DNA from: Candidatus Woesearchaeota archaeon
Lineage (GTDB): Archaea > Nanobdellota > Nanobdellia > Woesearchaeales > JAZDKJ01
DNA: 64,000 nucleotides
Reading direction: 5' to 3'
NCBI GenBank assembly: GCA_043803105.1
Contig: JAZDKJ010000008.1
Location: forward strand, 32,001 to 96,000
Positions within the stretch are counted from its first letter, which is position 1, and each line of letters opens with the position of its first letter. This document shows positions 20,250 to 30,148 of this stretch, in pieces. The position numbers and the translations under genes were made by a program. The notes beneath the pieces were generated by a model. It saw only the letters and a program-made list of their open reading frames with translations. It was not told where the DNA came from and did no database searches.

Positions 20250-22183
20250 TTTAGTTCTGGCTTAAGCTTGTCCTTATAATTACCCTCAAACAGATAAGAG
20301 GCCATATTTAGCTTTTGCTCTTCAGTGACAGGGGAGGGCCGATAATCCACAACATGCAAAGTAACAGACTCTGCCTGGGCAACCTCTGAAATAGAGAGAT
20401 GGAAATTATTATTTGTGTAACCGCCGACATGATCATTATTGTGCAGGAAGACAATGTCAAGGGAATAATCAGCATTGTCCTCAACAAAACCAAGGCTTAC
20501 TGTTAAGTTCTGGAACTGAGCAAATTGCCTAAATGAATTGTTGAGAAGATCCAAGGCAATAACGACCTTCTCATCAGACGCGAGAGGCTCTGCTTCACCT
20601 AAGGTTTTAGAGGATTCCTGGTAGACGTGCTTGACCACATTAAGGTTCAACTGCTTAATTTTTTTCATAGGTACGTTTACTGCAGGCGCAAGAACCTGCT
20701 GCCTGGCAGGCAGATAGCCAGTCTTGTTAGCGATAATGTAGGGGTTTGTGCAACCTGACGGCAGATAAGCATTAAGACGATAATGACCAGAGTCAGCCTT
20801 TGTCTTTCCAAGAGAACAATGGTAATTAAGACACTCGTAGGAAATATCAACGTCAGGGATTTCCATGTCAGTGTAACCCTCAAAAGTGCCGAATGCTGTA
20901 AAGGAATACTGGTCCTCGCCTCTAGATTGGCAAAAGCCCTGGCCTCTTGAAGGAGTCTCAAACACCATGGCTCCGCGATCAGCCCTATCAGGCTTGTTCT
21001 GATGGATGGTAACAGGGAAAGCGAATGCAAAAAGATAACCAGTACCTCCGAAGGCAGAGTCATCCCTTACCCAGACCTCAACAGGATAGGTAATATCATA
21101 AGTGAAATGGTAGATGTTGACGCACAAGAACTGAAGATACTGGCCCTGGCCTTCAACAAGAGAGGACTTAAGCACCCCATCGGCCGAAGGATAACCCATC
21201 AAATCCATCCCATACTGTGGCTTGTAGATAAATTTAGCCTTTAGCGATGGGTCAGAGCTGCCGACATCAAGGAGAAAATGATTGAACTCATAAGCATCTG
21301 CAGGAGGATTTGTTGCCGGAAGATTGCCTTCGTTGATGTCTTTCATCGTATACTTCTTGAATTTCTCATAAACACTCTTTGGCTGGTCAAAGGCTGCAAA
21401 ATCAGTATTGTCGATCCTGATTCTTGGAATATTATAGAACAGTGTGGATTGCAGTTCAGACTTTATGCCTGCAATCGGCCATTCCAGTGAACCGCACTGA
21501 AACTCCATTCCGGTAAAAGGAATTGTTGGGTCAGCAGCCATAAGGTCGATGGTAATATTCTCAAGGTACTTGCGGTTGTTCTCAGCGTCCATGATATCTG
21601 TGGCAAGCTTATAGACAGACTTCAACTTCACAGGCAAATCTGCAGTGAAATTAGCCATACGAACAACCTTTTCGAGCTTAAGATAATGAATCTCAACAGG
21701 ATAATTGACATTCACAGAGACTGACTTGTCCTGCAAGGCAGCTGTTGCGATAGGGGGCCCTGTCCTGATGTCAAACTCCTTACTAAATACCTTGAAGTCG
21801 CAAGAAGGAAGGTTTTGCTCAACATACCTTGCTATCTGATATCTTAGGTAGTTCTCGTTAGGAATACGGGCCTGGCCGCGATAATACCAGTAAGGGCGAA
21901 TGACAAGGCCAAATGGGTCAACAGAGATGTAGCTTGCAGGATTTCGGCCAATATCAGGCGGGATTTCAATAAAACCTGACTGAAGCCCAAGCTTTACAAC
22001 AGCATCCTTTGCTAAATCATAAACACACTGGTCAATGTATTGGCGAATGGGCATCACTTCTTCAGGAATGATGACATCGGGCTCGAACTTTGTCTGGGCA
22101 TTCTGCAAAATGAAAAAAAGCGAAAAGGCAAGAAGCATAGCAAGGCCCAAGATGATAAAGACAGTAAGTTGACCTCTTTTCAT
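20246..22183 (-). CDS. Large class III signal peptide (type IV pilin-like N-terminus) protein (paralogue of 30145-32241)
   Basis: MKRG/QLTVFIILGL prepilin-peptidase-type site; shares YI..C, LG..GG/SG.I, PYW, Y.F.YD..PV.V and CSLGKT motifs with the paralogue. Confidence 0.8.
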   Translation of the reverse strand: MKRGQLTVFIILGLAMLLAFSLFFILQNAQTKFEPDVIIPEEVMPIRQYIDQCVYDLAKDAVVKLGLQSGFIEIPPDIGRNPASYISVDPFGLVIRPYWYYRGQARIPNENYLRYQIARYVEQNLPSCDFKVFSKEFDIRTGPPIATAALQDKSVSVNVNYPVEIHYLKLEKVVRMANFTADLPVKLKSVYKLATDIMDAENNRKYLENITIDLMAADPTIPFTGMEFQCGSLEWPIAGIKSELQSTLFYNIPRIRIDNTDFAAFDQPKSVYEKFKKYTMKDINEGNLPATNPPADAYEFNHFLLDVGSSDPSLKAKFIYKPQYGMDLMGYPSADGVLKSSLVEGQGQYLQFLCVNIYHFTYDITYPVEVWVRDDSAFGGTGYLFAFAFPVTIHQNKPDRADRGAMVFETPSRGQGFCQSRGEDQYSFTAFGTFEGYTDMEIPDVDISYECLNYHCSLGKTKADSGHYRLNAYLPSGCTNPYIIANKTGYLPARQQVLAPAVNVPMKKIKQLNLNVVKHVYQESSKTLGEAEPLASDEKVVIALDLLNNSFRQFAQFQNLTVSLGFVEDNADYSLDIVFLHNNDHVGGYTNNNFHLSISEVAQAESVTLHVVDYRPSPVTEEQKLNMASYLFEGNYKDKLKPELK

Positions 22184-22198
22184 AACACCCTCTTTTTT

Positions 22199-22954
22199 TT
22201 ATATCAGTTTAGCAAAATAGATCCTGGCTGAAGCAAAGTACATCAAGCTGACAATGACAAAAAAGACTGTATCAAGACCGTAAGCTGGAAGGATTTTGAA
22301 GATCCAGCCGAACTGCATGACAACAATGTACGCTAAAATAATTAGGAGATAAGGGATGACAAAGCGATGAATCCTCCAACCCCTTGATATTGTGGTGGAG
22401 AGCGCCTGCCTTACCTTCTGGGTTCGTGTGAAATCGACAGCAAGCACCAGAGTGAAGTGCACCATAAGCCCAAAAACAACCAGGATGACAAAGGTTCCAA
22501 CACCAGGCTTTAATGCAAGAGCCAAAGCAACAAGCAAGAGAGTCCATGCAAAAAACCAGCAGAGATTAAGCAAGGAAAAACGCTTAAAGTAAGTCCAACT
22601 GAACCTCTTGCGCAAAACAGTCGACCAGACAAGGCCCTGGAACAATGAATAGACCAAAGCGAAAACCACAAAAAGAGCAATAGCTGAAATCAATGCGATT
22701 ATGAGAAAATTTGTCATCGACTGCACTGCAACATTAACCATAGCTTCATTAGTTACATCAAATGAAGGAGGATTGAACTGGACTTTTGCGTCCTGCCAGG
22801 CAATAAGCCTGGTCCAGCCAAGATAACAAAAAAGAGAGACAGCCCAAAAAGCAAGGTCGTGGACGGCTATTAAGAAAATCCTCTTGTCGATGTCAAGCAA
22901 ACCTTTTCTTAAGTTCTTGAAAAATTGCTGGAAATATTGCTTTAGTCGGTTCAT
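22199..22954 (-). CDS. Multipass membrane protein (paralogue of 13030-13863)
   Basis: About 6 TM helices; shared FQGLVW motif. Confidence 0.8.
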   Translation of the reverse strand: MNRLKQYFQQFFKNLRKGLLDIDKRIFLIAVHDLAFWAVSLFCYLGWTRLIAWQDAKVQFNPPSFDVTNEAMVNVAVQSMTNFLIIALISAIALFVVFALVYSLFQGLVWSTVLRKRFSWTYFKRFSLLNLCWFFAWTLLLVALALALKPGVGTFVILVVFGLMVHFTLVLAVDFTRTQKVRQALSTTISRGWRIHRFVIPYLLIILAYIVVMQFGWIFKILPAYGLDTVFFVIVSLMYFASARIYFAKLI

Positions 22955-25887
22955 ATAGTATTCACTTCCGCTTTCTTTGAGGTAGAGGATGTTGCTGCAG
23001 CCTGGGCTTGGGGGACATAGCCTGTTGGAGAACCCTTGAATTCAGTGATAATATTACAGACCTCACTAGTCTCTACACCGTCTGCGCTGAATACAGGCTC
23101 CTTAAATTGTATGCAAATCTGTTTGTAGAGGTTGTTAGAGAACTGGACAATCATCGCGCTTCCAGTCTTGGAAAATGTCTTGCCTGGCTGCACATTAATG
23201 TCCTGCTTGAACAAAGTGGTTTGCTTTCCAGGGCCAATCAATACAACATTGAAATTCATCTCCTGCACAACGCTCTGGCCGCTCTTAGAAGGCTTTTCCG
23301 GGTTCTTGACAAAAAGGCTGATCTTGTAGAAAAACTGCTGCTGATAGCCAGAGGCATTAGTGAATTCTATAAGTTGGCGGTCTGCCTCAACATGAGCACC
23401 GATGCCGACCATGTTTGCTCCGTCAGGGATAGTGATATACATGGTGCCTTCAGGAGGCCTTGAAATATAGTGCTGGCAAGCAGTCTCTTCCCAATTGCCG
23501 CTTATGACCTGGCCCAAGACGCTGTAAACAAAGAACTGGTCAGTAGCCCTTCTCCAAGCGCTGTCTTCCATGCCGAGCAAAATGGATAGAGCCCTTCCAC
23601 CCTGAGCAGCCTGATAGACCTGGTTTATTGAGGTGCCGATCATCTGGTTATTGACAAATTGGCTGTAGGTATACTTGTCGCCATTCTGCATAGTGACATA
23701 CCATTGGCCGTTATCGCTTTGGGTGTAAGGCCTGAATTCACCATCGGGACCTTTTATTTGCATTGAGTCAAAAATATCGGTCTCGCCAGGCATTGGCTTT
23801 GCCTCAACCTTCTGATTGTTGATTACGGTAAAGTATTGTCCGCTTTTTGTTTCCAAAACATACAGACCCAAGTAATCATTATAGTAGCTGTTTTTCTCGA
23901 CAAAATCACTCCCCAGATTAATCCATCCTTTATCTTTATCCGCACCTTTAGGGAGGTACTGTGCTGTATAAGTTTCGCTTGTCGCTGAGGCTTTTGCAAG
24001 GTATATAACATCTCCATTGTCACTTGCCCATTCATAATTGCCGTCATAACCAGAGCGTTTCCAGGTGTTTGCGGTGGAATCATAAGACAAGCCGAGCTGG
24101 CTGACGACTGTTTGCTGGTCAGTAGTTAGTGCCAGTGGTGTAGAAGCTTCGACCAAGGCCTTTGCCTTTGCGTCAAAAGCTGCTTTGTCCATGAAAGAGT
24201 TCTTGATATCATTATAATTGGTTCCAGTATATTTTTCTGCTTCCAAAACACCCAAAATATTTCCTTGATTGTCGGTCTTGAGCACTGAACCATCATCAAA
24301 GATCTGATATCTCACATTTGGCTCATCCGCCCTAGTGTAATAAATTCCATCGCTAGATGCGGTAAAGCCATCAAAAGCGTAGGCAGAGGCTTGAGGTTGG
24401 GCTGCTGCTCCTGGCTGAAACGAATTGAGCAAAGCAGAATTCCCTGTTGCATCCTTCACATAGATATTGCCTTTTGAGTCAACAGAATCCACCTGAAGCC
24501 AGCCTTTATCGGTAAGAACATAGCCAGCCTCATTTTCCTGCGAATACTGGTATGTCTTACCATTCAAAAACAAGGATGTTTGGCCATTTTGTGTGATAAT
24601 CGTGCCGGTTCCCATAACATAAACTTCTACCGGGCCTGCGGTTTGTATTTCGTTACCCTGTCCGTCGAGAAAGTGAAATACTCCATCCGAGCCTGCATAA
24701 AATTTTTCTGTTCCTTGTGGAGAAACAACCCCTGGTGGGAGAGAAGGTGTCGGCAATGGCACATAAGTGCTTATTGTTCCGGGAAAGGCTGCTTTCAGCT
24801 GATCTTCAGTTTGATAGGCAGATTTGTGCCATTGACCGTTGATGTCCTTCCAGAACAACAGAGTAGTTCCTGTCTTGTCAGTCCCTTTACCATACTCAGT
24901 AGGTGGTGAACTTTTGTAAGAGCTTGTACCCCAGTCAACAATGAAAGCTGCTGTGGCTGGGGGATTGTACTGACTTTGCCAACCTTGCAAGGCAAATGCA
25001 TCCTGGTCATAAGCTTTCAACATTTTTCCTGTTTTGTCATCCTTATATTGATATTCCCAATGTTGTCCGTTGAATGTATAACTGCCCCAGGTTGTACCCA
25101 CATCCGGAACCAACTGGCCTGAAGTTCCGCTTGTTGATTGTGAGGGCGCAGTGTCAAGCCCTGAATTCGTTGCCCTTGAACTAACCAAAAGTTTGGCCAG
25201 GTCGGGTGCAACGTTAGGATAGATACCGGCAGCATCCATTTTGTTGATTGCATCTGGATTCGCCGGGTTTTTCTGATTGTAACTGAACAGGACTTCTGCA
25301 AATTTTTTATCTTCGCCTGCCTGTCTAAACTGAGTGGTGTCAATAATTTCTGCAACTTTTTGCGCTCCAGCATCAATGTTGTATTGTGCCTGCTTGAGCT
25401 GCTCCACTGAGTAGCCTCCATTGCTTCCTGAGTCTTTAGAGTAGATCTGCAAGAAACCGATCTCACTGTTCCCATTAAGCGGCTTATTCACTCCATTTGA
25501 TTCAACAATAATAAGGCGTTCCAAAAAAAGTTGGTCCTTGTATGGTTGCAAGGTATAGTAATTCTGGTACGCCTTTTGGACAGCCTCTTTCAAACCCGGA
25601 TTATTTGCGTACATACTTTCAATCCGGGAAAGAATCTTCTGATTATTGTAAGGAGTATTTCCAGTGACCTTGAGCATCAGACCTGTTGGAACATTTGCTT
25701 CGTCCGACAGCCGGACATTATTTTGGTCGAAGTACATAGCCCCAAGGCTCAAAATAAAGAACGCCAAGACAAACAAGGCAGCTTTCTGCTGGGTGGGGTG
25801 CTCTCTCTGGATGGATCTCTTCACATCGAGCTTGGCTGATTTCACTAGGTCAAGGAGGAACATTGATCGCTTTGGGATCTTTTTCAT
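22951..25887 (-). CDS. Membrane-anchored protein with SLT (lytic transglycosylase-like) domain, aromatic/Gly-rich middle and Cys-containing C-terminal domain
   Basis: N-terminal TM; LIIVESNG (motif I Glu), IGFLQI (motif II), NIDAGA and SYNQ (motif III) in SLT order. Confidence 0.75.
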   Translation of the reverse strand: MKKIPKRSMFLLDLVKSAKLDVKRSIQREHPTQQKAALFVLAFFILSLGAMYFDQNNVRLSDEANVPTGLMLKVTGNTPYNNQKILSRIESMYANNPGLKEAVQKAYQNYYTLQPYKDQLFLERLIIVESNGVNKPLNGNSEIGFLQIYSKDSGSNGGYSVEQLKQAQYNIDAGAQKVAEIIDTTQFRQAGEDKKFAEVLFSYNQKNPANPDAINKMDAAGIYPNVAPDLAKLLVSSRATNSGLDTAPSQSTSGTSGQLVPDVGTTWGSYTFNGQHWEYQYKDDKTGKMLKAYDQDAFALQGWQSQYNPPATAAFIVDWGTSSYKSSPPTEYGKGTDKTGTTLLFWKDINGQWHKSAYQTEDQLKAAFPGTISTYVPLPTPSLPPGVVSPQGTEKFYAGSDGVFHFLDGQGNEIQTAGPVEVYVMGTGTIITQNGQTSLFLNGKTYQYSQENEAGYVLTDKGWLQVDSVDSKGNIYVKDATGNSALLNSFQPGAAAQPQASAYAFDGFTASSDGIYYTRADEPNVRYQIFDDGSVLKTDNQGNILGVLEAEKYTGTNYNDIKNSFMDKAAFDAKAKALVEASTPLALTTDQQTVVSQLGLSYDSTANTWKRSGYDGNYEWASDNGDVIYLAKASATSETYTAQYLPKGADKDKGWINLGSDFVEKNSYYNDYLGLYVLETKSGQYFTVINNQKVEAKPMPGETDIFDSMQIKGPDGEFRPYTQSDNGQWYVTMQNGDKYTYSQFVNNQMIGTSINQVYQAAQGGRALSILLGMEDSAWRRATDQFFVYSVLGQVISGNWEETACQHYISRPPEGTMYITIPDGANMVGIGAHVEADRQLIEFTNASGYQQQFFYKISLFVKNPEKPSKSGQSVVQEMNFNVVLIGPGKQTTLFKQDINVQPGKTFSKTGSAMIVQFSNNLYKQICIQFKEPVFSADGVETSEVCNIITEFKGSPTGYVPQAQAAATSSTSKKAEVNTI

Positions 25888-26516
25888 TTGTTCACCTTGA
25901 AGACTGCAGGCATCCAGATGTCTTTTTTTCTGTATTTCACATTCTGGCTTTTAAACAAGTCTTCAAAAGGCTTCAATTTTTCGTAAGGAACAATAATGGA
26001 AGATGGGCCTATTCTTTCTGCGTGCAAAACCCTAACCAGACCTTGCGACCGAGAAATATAGGTTTTTCCCTTGTAACGCTTTTGGGAAATATACCCCTCA
26101 AGTGCTCTGGCTAATCTGTCTCTTTTGCTCTTGTCAGGTCCAAAATTAAAATTAATTATTATGAAGGGTTCCAGCAGAAGTTTTTCTGCCCTTACAGTCG
26201 GAATATTGCCATAGATGACAATGCCCTCCTTAAGAATAGTTTCAACGAAATTTCTGTCCAAACCTTCAAAGTTTTTCTTGGAAAAAACCATCTGAACAGT
26301 CTTTTCATATTTTGCTCCCAAATCCTGAGAAATACTGAACATCTTTTTCTCGTCACTTGAACCAATTTTATCAAGTAATACCAGTACATCGATGTCAGAC
26401 CTTTTATCTGCGTCTCCCCTGGCAACACTTCCAAACACTACAACAGCCCTGATACTATCAAAATCGCTTGCCTTTTTTGCTAATTCAAACACCAAATCTC
26501 TAAATTCCTTCTGCAT
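25884..26516 (-). CDS. Minimal nucleotidyltransferase (MNT antitoxin-like) with extra C-terminal alpha/beta domain
   Basis: VVFGSVARGDADKRSDIDVLV. Start reassigned to ATG 26516, because the upstream extension overlaps the HEPN gene. Confidence 0.85.
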   Translation of the reverse strand: MQKEFRDLVFELAKKASDFDSIRAVVVFGSVARGDADKRSDIDVLVLLDKIGSSDEKKMFSISQDLGAKYEKTVQMVFSKKNFEGLDRNFVETILKEGIVIYGNIPTVRAEKLLLEPFIIINFNFGPDKSKRDRLARALEGYISQKRYKGKTYISRSQGLVRVLHAERIGPSSIIVPYEKLKPFEDLFKSQNVKYRKKDIWMPAVFKVNK

Positions 26517-26943
26517 TTTCGTGATATTTTTCTTGCGAAAACCCCATTTTTGAGCTTTTCGTGATATTTTTCTTGCGAAAATCTTTAACAGTTTTTTCAC
26601 ATATCTCAAATATAAACGCAGCCAATTCCTTTGCTTTCTGCAGGTTTTCTCCATTGATTTTGCCACCGTAAAGCTGACCTGGCCTGACCTTATTTTCGAG
26701 GTCCTGAAATTTGGACCATACACTCATTGTTTCTTGTCCGAAAATTACTTTGTTTTGCTCAAGTACTCTCCTGACATCCTGGTGCTTATTTATATGAATA
26801 CCAAACAAAACAGCACAAGATTCAATGGCATGAAACGATGCCTCGAAATATGAATTGATCCTAGTCATGGGTGAGTTATCACTGTTCTCAGCATCCTTTC
26901 TGAACAAAAGATATTTTTTCTCATGGATTTCGAATGATGACAT
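26500..26943 (-). CDS. HEPN-like protein (putative toxin partner of MNT)
   Basis: Helical ~130-aa core with YFEASFHAIE...HINKH...R..QLYG; adjacent to an MNT gene. Confidence 0.65.
   Translation of the reverse strand: MSSFEIHEKKYLLFRKDAENSDNSPMTRINSYFEASFHAIESCAVLFGIHINKHQDVRRVLEQNKVIFGQETMSVWSKFQDLENKVRPGQLYGGKINGENLQKAKELAAFIFEICEKTVKDFRKKNITKSSKMGFSQEKYHENAEGI
26516..26581. repeat. Two identical 26-bp direct repeats (TTTTCGTGATATTTTTCTTGCGAAAA), period 40 bp, each with TTTTCG/CGAAAA palindromic ends
   Basis: Copies at 26516-26541 and 26556-26581, immediately upstream of the MNT start. Confidence 0.9.
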
Positions 26944-26992
26944 CTTGTTTACTCAAATATAATATATCCTCGATAGTATTTTGCTATTGTTT

Positions 26993-29900
26993 TCATGTTG
27001 TTGTTGCAGCAGCCTTCGGCTTTGCAGCAGGCTGAGTTGTGACCTTCTCGAGCTCTTTGCACATATCGTTAGCTGGCTTGAACAAATTCTTGATATTGTT
27101 GAAAGTGTTGGAGAGATCAACAATCACCTTTGAAAACTCTGCCACAAACTTCTGGGCAACGCAGAGGAAATGGCCCTGTGGATTTGTTGTCACAAGAGGG
27201 GTGCAGATGAGCTGGGTGATGCTGAAGACCATGGAGAAGGGATCAGAGAAAATGGTATAGATGTAATTGCCCAATTGCTTGAAGGTGTTTGCGAAAGGTA
27301 TTATCTGGAAAATCTCACCAAAGATGAATTTGCACTCAAGATAAGACTTCTGGTCCTCGCAGACCTTCAATGGAATCCTTTGGTTGGTGCTCTGCTGCAA
27401 GCAAACACCGTAGTTGCATTGGATCTGGCGCCACTGCTGCAATTTGTCGATAATGCCAGGAAGACAACCAGTGGCAAGGCTTAAGACAAGGCTATCCTTC
27501 GGGCTTTGAGGCCAGGGAGCTGACTTGAAGCCGTACTTGTCAAGGAGATTTATTTTCTGGTTGGAAAAATCCCATGTGCCAAGGTTAATGAGGCTGCCGT
27601 GCTGAGAACCTGAGGTTAGGTCACTAAAACTCTTGATATAACCATTATACCAGCTGCCCCACAAAGTAACGTCACAACTCACCATCATGCAAAACTTGTA
27701 GACTGAACCTGTCCAGGTAGTCTTGATCTTATCATTGAAATCAACGCCGAAACGCCATGATGTCGCGGCTGGCTGTGCTGCAGTGGTGGTTTTGGCAATG
27801 ATGTTCAGAGCTTGTCCAATCATGTTACCATAATAGACAATCTGGTTCCAGGTCTTGATTATAGAACACATGGTCTTTGCAAAACTCATGAACTTCTCCA
27901 AAGTGCTAATGAAGCTGAGCTTCACAAATGCGCTGTTCTTCACATCCTCAATTTTCTGCTTAGCCTCAGAAGTGAACTCTCCCAGAGGAAGGTTGTAGAA
28001 AAGCACGGTGACAGTAGCATTCTCTATTTCAGGGTTTTGGACAACAAAAAAGTTCTGTCCAGAAGAAACCTTTGACATAATGGTTAGAGGGCAAGTGAAC
28101 TTAAGCTGTGAAATCTTCATTGCTGTGGCCTTTAGAGTCACCTTAAGGAAAGGATCTCTGCTTCCAGGACCATCATTGAAGAGGCTAATATCACTGATGA
28201 AATCCATAGAATTGTTTGCAAGGCTAACACACTTTCCTTTGTCAAGGCTGATGCCCAAAGTGTCAGCACCGCTAAAGCCCGCAACCAGATGGACGTCACA
28301 GAAAACTCTCTGCTCAATAAGGGTGGTAACCTGTCTGTCAATCTTGTCTGGAGAGCAAGTAACCTCAGAAGTCCAATAATTGGGATTGGTCTCATTCTTT
28401 ATACCCTGCACAGAAACCATTACAGAAACAGTCACCTTGTTGTTTACAAAATCCTTGAAAGTGAAGTAAACAGGAGCCTTGAAAGGACCAGAACGGTCAA
28501 TCGGAGAGCTGTCCCAGACACATTCCCAGATTGTGCCTGTAATCAGTGAGCAAGCACCCTGAAGCCTTGAATCAGTGCTTATGACACGGGAAAAATTAGC
28601 AGAAGCTGTAACTTGCGAAGCGTCGCTAAGATTGGCACGGACTGCAAGCTTATCACCCTTAACAGTGTAGTTGACTCCCGGAACAACAAGAGAGCCGTGA
28701 ACAGTATTGATAACGATGCTCCTGACCTGGACAGGTGATGTGTCAACCTTAACAGTAATTGATTTTGCAGAATCTGCCTTATTGCCGAGGTCATCTGAAG
28801 AATCAAGGCTAACTACCACATCAGCCTCTGTACCTGTAGGAGCAGAAACAAGCCTGTTGTACCAATAGCATGTGTAAGAGCCAGTGCAATTGTCAGCCTG
28901 CTGCACACCCAGGTCAAGGCCTGAGAGGTCCAGGAAAATGTTGTGGTTCACCAGATTGCCTGCATTCTCCTGCACCTCAGCGATAAAAGTAGCATTGTGT
29001 CCAACAATCCATTGGCCATTCAACTGACCCATATTAGTGCGAATAGCTGTAACAACAGGGCCCTGGTTGTCAAAGGTCAGCTGCTGCAAGCTAATGGACA
29101 GAGGGCCAATAGAATTGCCTGCATTGTCGCGGCCGTAAACTTTTATAGTGGGCGTCTTGGTCTGGGAGAGCTGCACATTCAAGTTGAAGCGGACTACAGT
29201 ATTATCATCTACGACAGAAACGCTAATGGGACTCAAGTTGCCTGACTGGCCGTTAATGCCTGAGATGTCTGCTTTAATCGAAGACTGGAAAAGATCTGTA
29301 CCAGAAATATTAACTATCAAAAAGGACTGTATTGCAGAAGAGCCAACAAACTGCAACAGCAATGCATTGTCAGCACGATAGAGCCTCGCTGACCTGATTG
29401 AAGGAGCAAGCTTGTCAACAGTAAAGGAATCACAGCCAGCCCCTGACACTTGGTCAAAGCGGTCAGTAACCTTGCAGCAGATCCTTGACAATCCTGAAAT
29501 ATCAGTAACTGAAAGCTTGAAATTAGAGGATATGGAGCATTGCGAAGGGTCTGAGGGCTCAATCATTTTCAGGAGCGGGCCAGAAAAGTCATCCCGAAAA
29601 AACTCTATCTTCTTTATGCCTGAGCACTTAGAGGTATCGCCTTCGACATCAGCATAGTCTTCAGCAACAGAGTCAACAGTTATGTTCACACCATTAGTCA
29701 GATGCGGTGAGACAGAGATGGACTTAACAACAGGAGCCAAGAGATCTGTCGTTACGTAAACAGCCTCTGAACGCATCATCTTTCCAGAATCATTGAGGAG
29801 CTTTACCTGGTAACTGACTGTGCCAGAACGATAACCAGTCTCATAATACTTGCAGTTAAAAGCTCCACCAGAACCTGTGCAGGAATTAAACCAGAAAGAA

Positions 29901-30148
29901 TTTGCCTGGACCTGGCTTCGATTAATGTCTGCATCATTATCGATCTGGGCATCAACATCAATGGTCAGATTATCAAAATATTTCCTGTAGCCGTGCTTGG
30001 GAGCATTCTCAGACTGGGTATAAATGCCATCCTTCCCGGAAATGCTGTTGACCCGAAGGAACGAGCCTGCAAGGGCAGAAGTAAAACAAAATGGCATGCT
30101 TATGACAAGCACAATCAACCACAATGCTACCGAATGGTTCAAACTCAT
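26993..30148 (-). CDS. Large (1051 aa) secreted Ig-repeat protein with Cys-rich helical C-terminal core (partial paralogue of 13842-20249)
   Basis: Signal peptide; D..AP.V/DNAGN/DDLGN Ig-like repeats; PKDSLVLSLATGCLPG...C...C...C pattern matches PTSGFLRSIQCACIAA...C...C...C of the 2135-aa protein. Confidence 0.8.
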   Translation of the reverse strand: MSLNHSVALWLIVLVISMPFCFTSALAGSFLRVNSISGKDGIYTQSENAPKHGYRKYFDNLTIDVDAQIDNDADINRSQVQANSFWFNSCTGSGGAFNCKYYETGYRSGTVSYQVKLLNDSGKMMRSEAVYVTTDLLAPVVKSISVSPHLTNGVNITVDSVAEDYADVEGDTSKCSGIKKIEFFRDDFSGPLLKMIEPSDPSQCSISSNFKLSVTDISGLSRICCKVTDRFDQVSGAGCDSFTVDKLAPSIRSARLYRADNALLLQFVGSSAIQSFLIVNISGTDLFQSSIKADISGINGQSGNLSPISVSVVDDNTVVRFNLNVQLSQTKTPTIKVYGRDNAGNSIGPLSISLQQLTFDNQGPVVTAIRTNMGQLNGQWIVGHNATFIAEVQENAGNLVNHNIFLDLSGLDLGVQQADNCTGSYTCYWYNRLVSAPTGTEADVVVSLDSSDDLGNKADSAKSITVKVDTSPVQVRSIVINTVHGSLVVPGVNYTVKGDKLAVRANLSDASQVTASANFSRVISTDSRLQGACSLITGTIWECVWDSSPIDRSGPFKAPVYFTFKDFVNNKVTVSVMVSVQGIKNETNPNYWTSEVTCSPDKIDRQVTTLIEQRVFCDVHLVAGFSGADTLGISLDKGKCVSLANNSMDFISDISLFNDGPGSRDPFLKVTLKATAMKISQLKFTCPLTIMSKVSSGQNFFVVQNPEIENATVTVLFYNLPLGEFTSEAKQKIEDVKNSAFVKLSFISTLEKFMSFAKTMCSIIKTWNQIVYYGNMIGQALNIIAKTTTAAQPAATSWRFGVDFNDKIKTTWTGSVYKFCMMVSCDVTLWGSWYNGYIKSFSDLTSGSQHGSLINLGTWDFSNQKINLLDKYGFKSAPWPQSPKDSLVLSLATGCLPGIIDKLQQWRQIQCNYGVCLQQSTNQRIPLKVCEDQKSYLECKFIFGEIFQIIPFANTFKQLGNYIYTIFSDPFSMVFSITQLICTPLVTTNPQGHFLCVAQKFVAEFSKVIVDLSNTFNNIKNLFKPANDMCKELEKVTTQPAAKPKAAATTT

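Noticed and set aside
26516-26581. Mini-CRISPR array beside a Cas2-like domain
   Set aside because: Only two repeats, a 14-bp spacer (too short), located inside a CDS, and no cas1 or effector genes.
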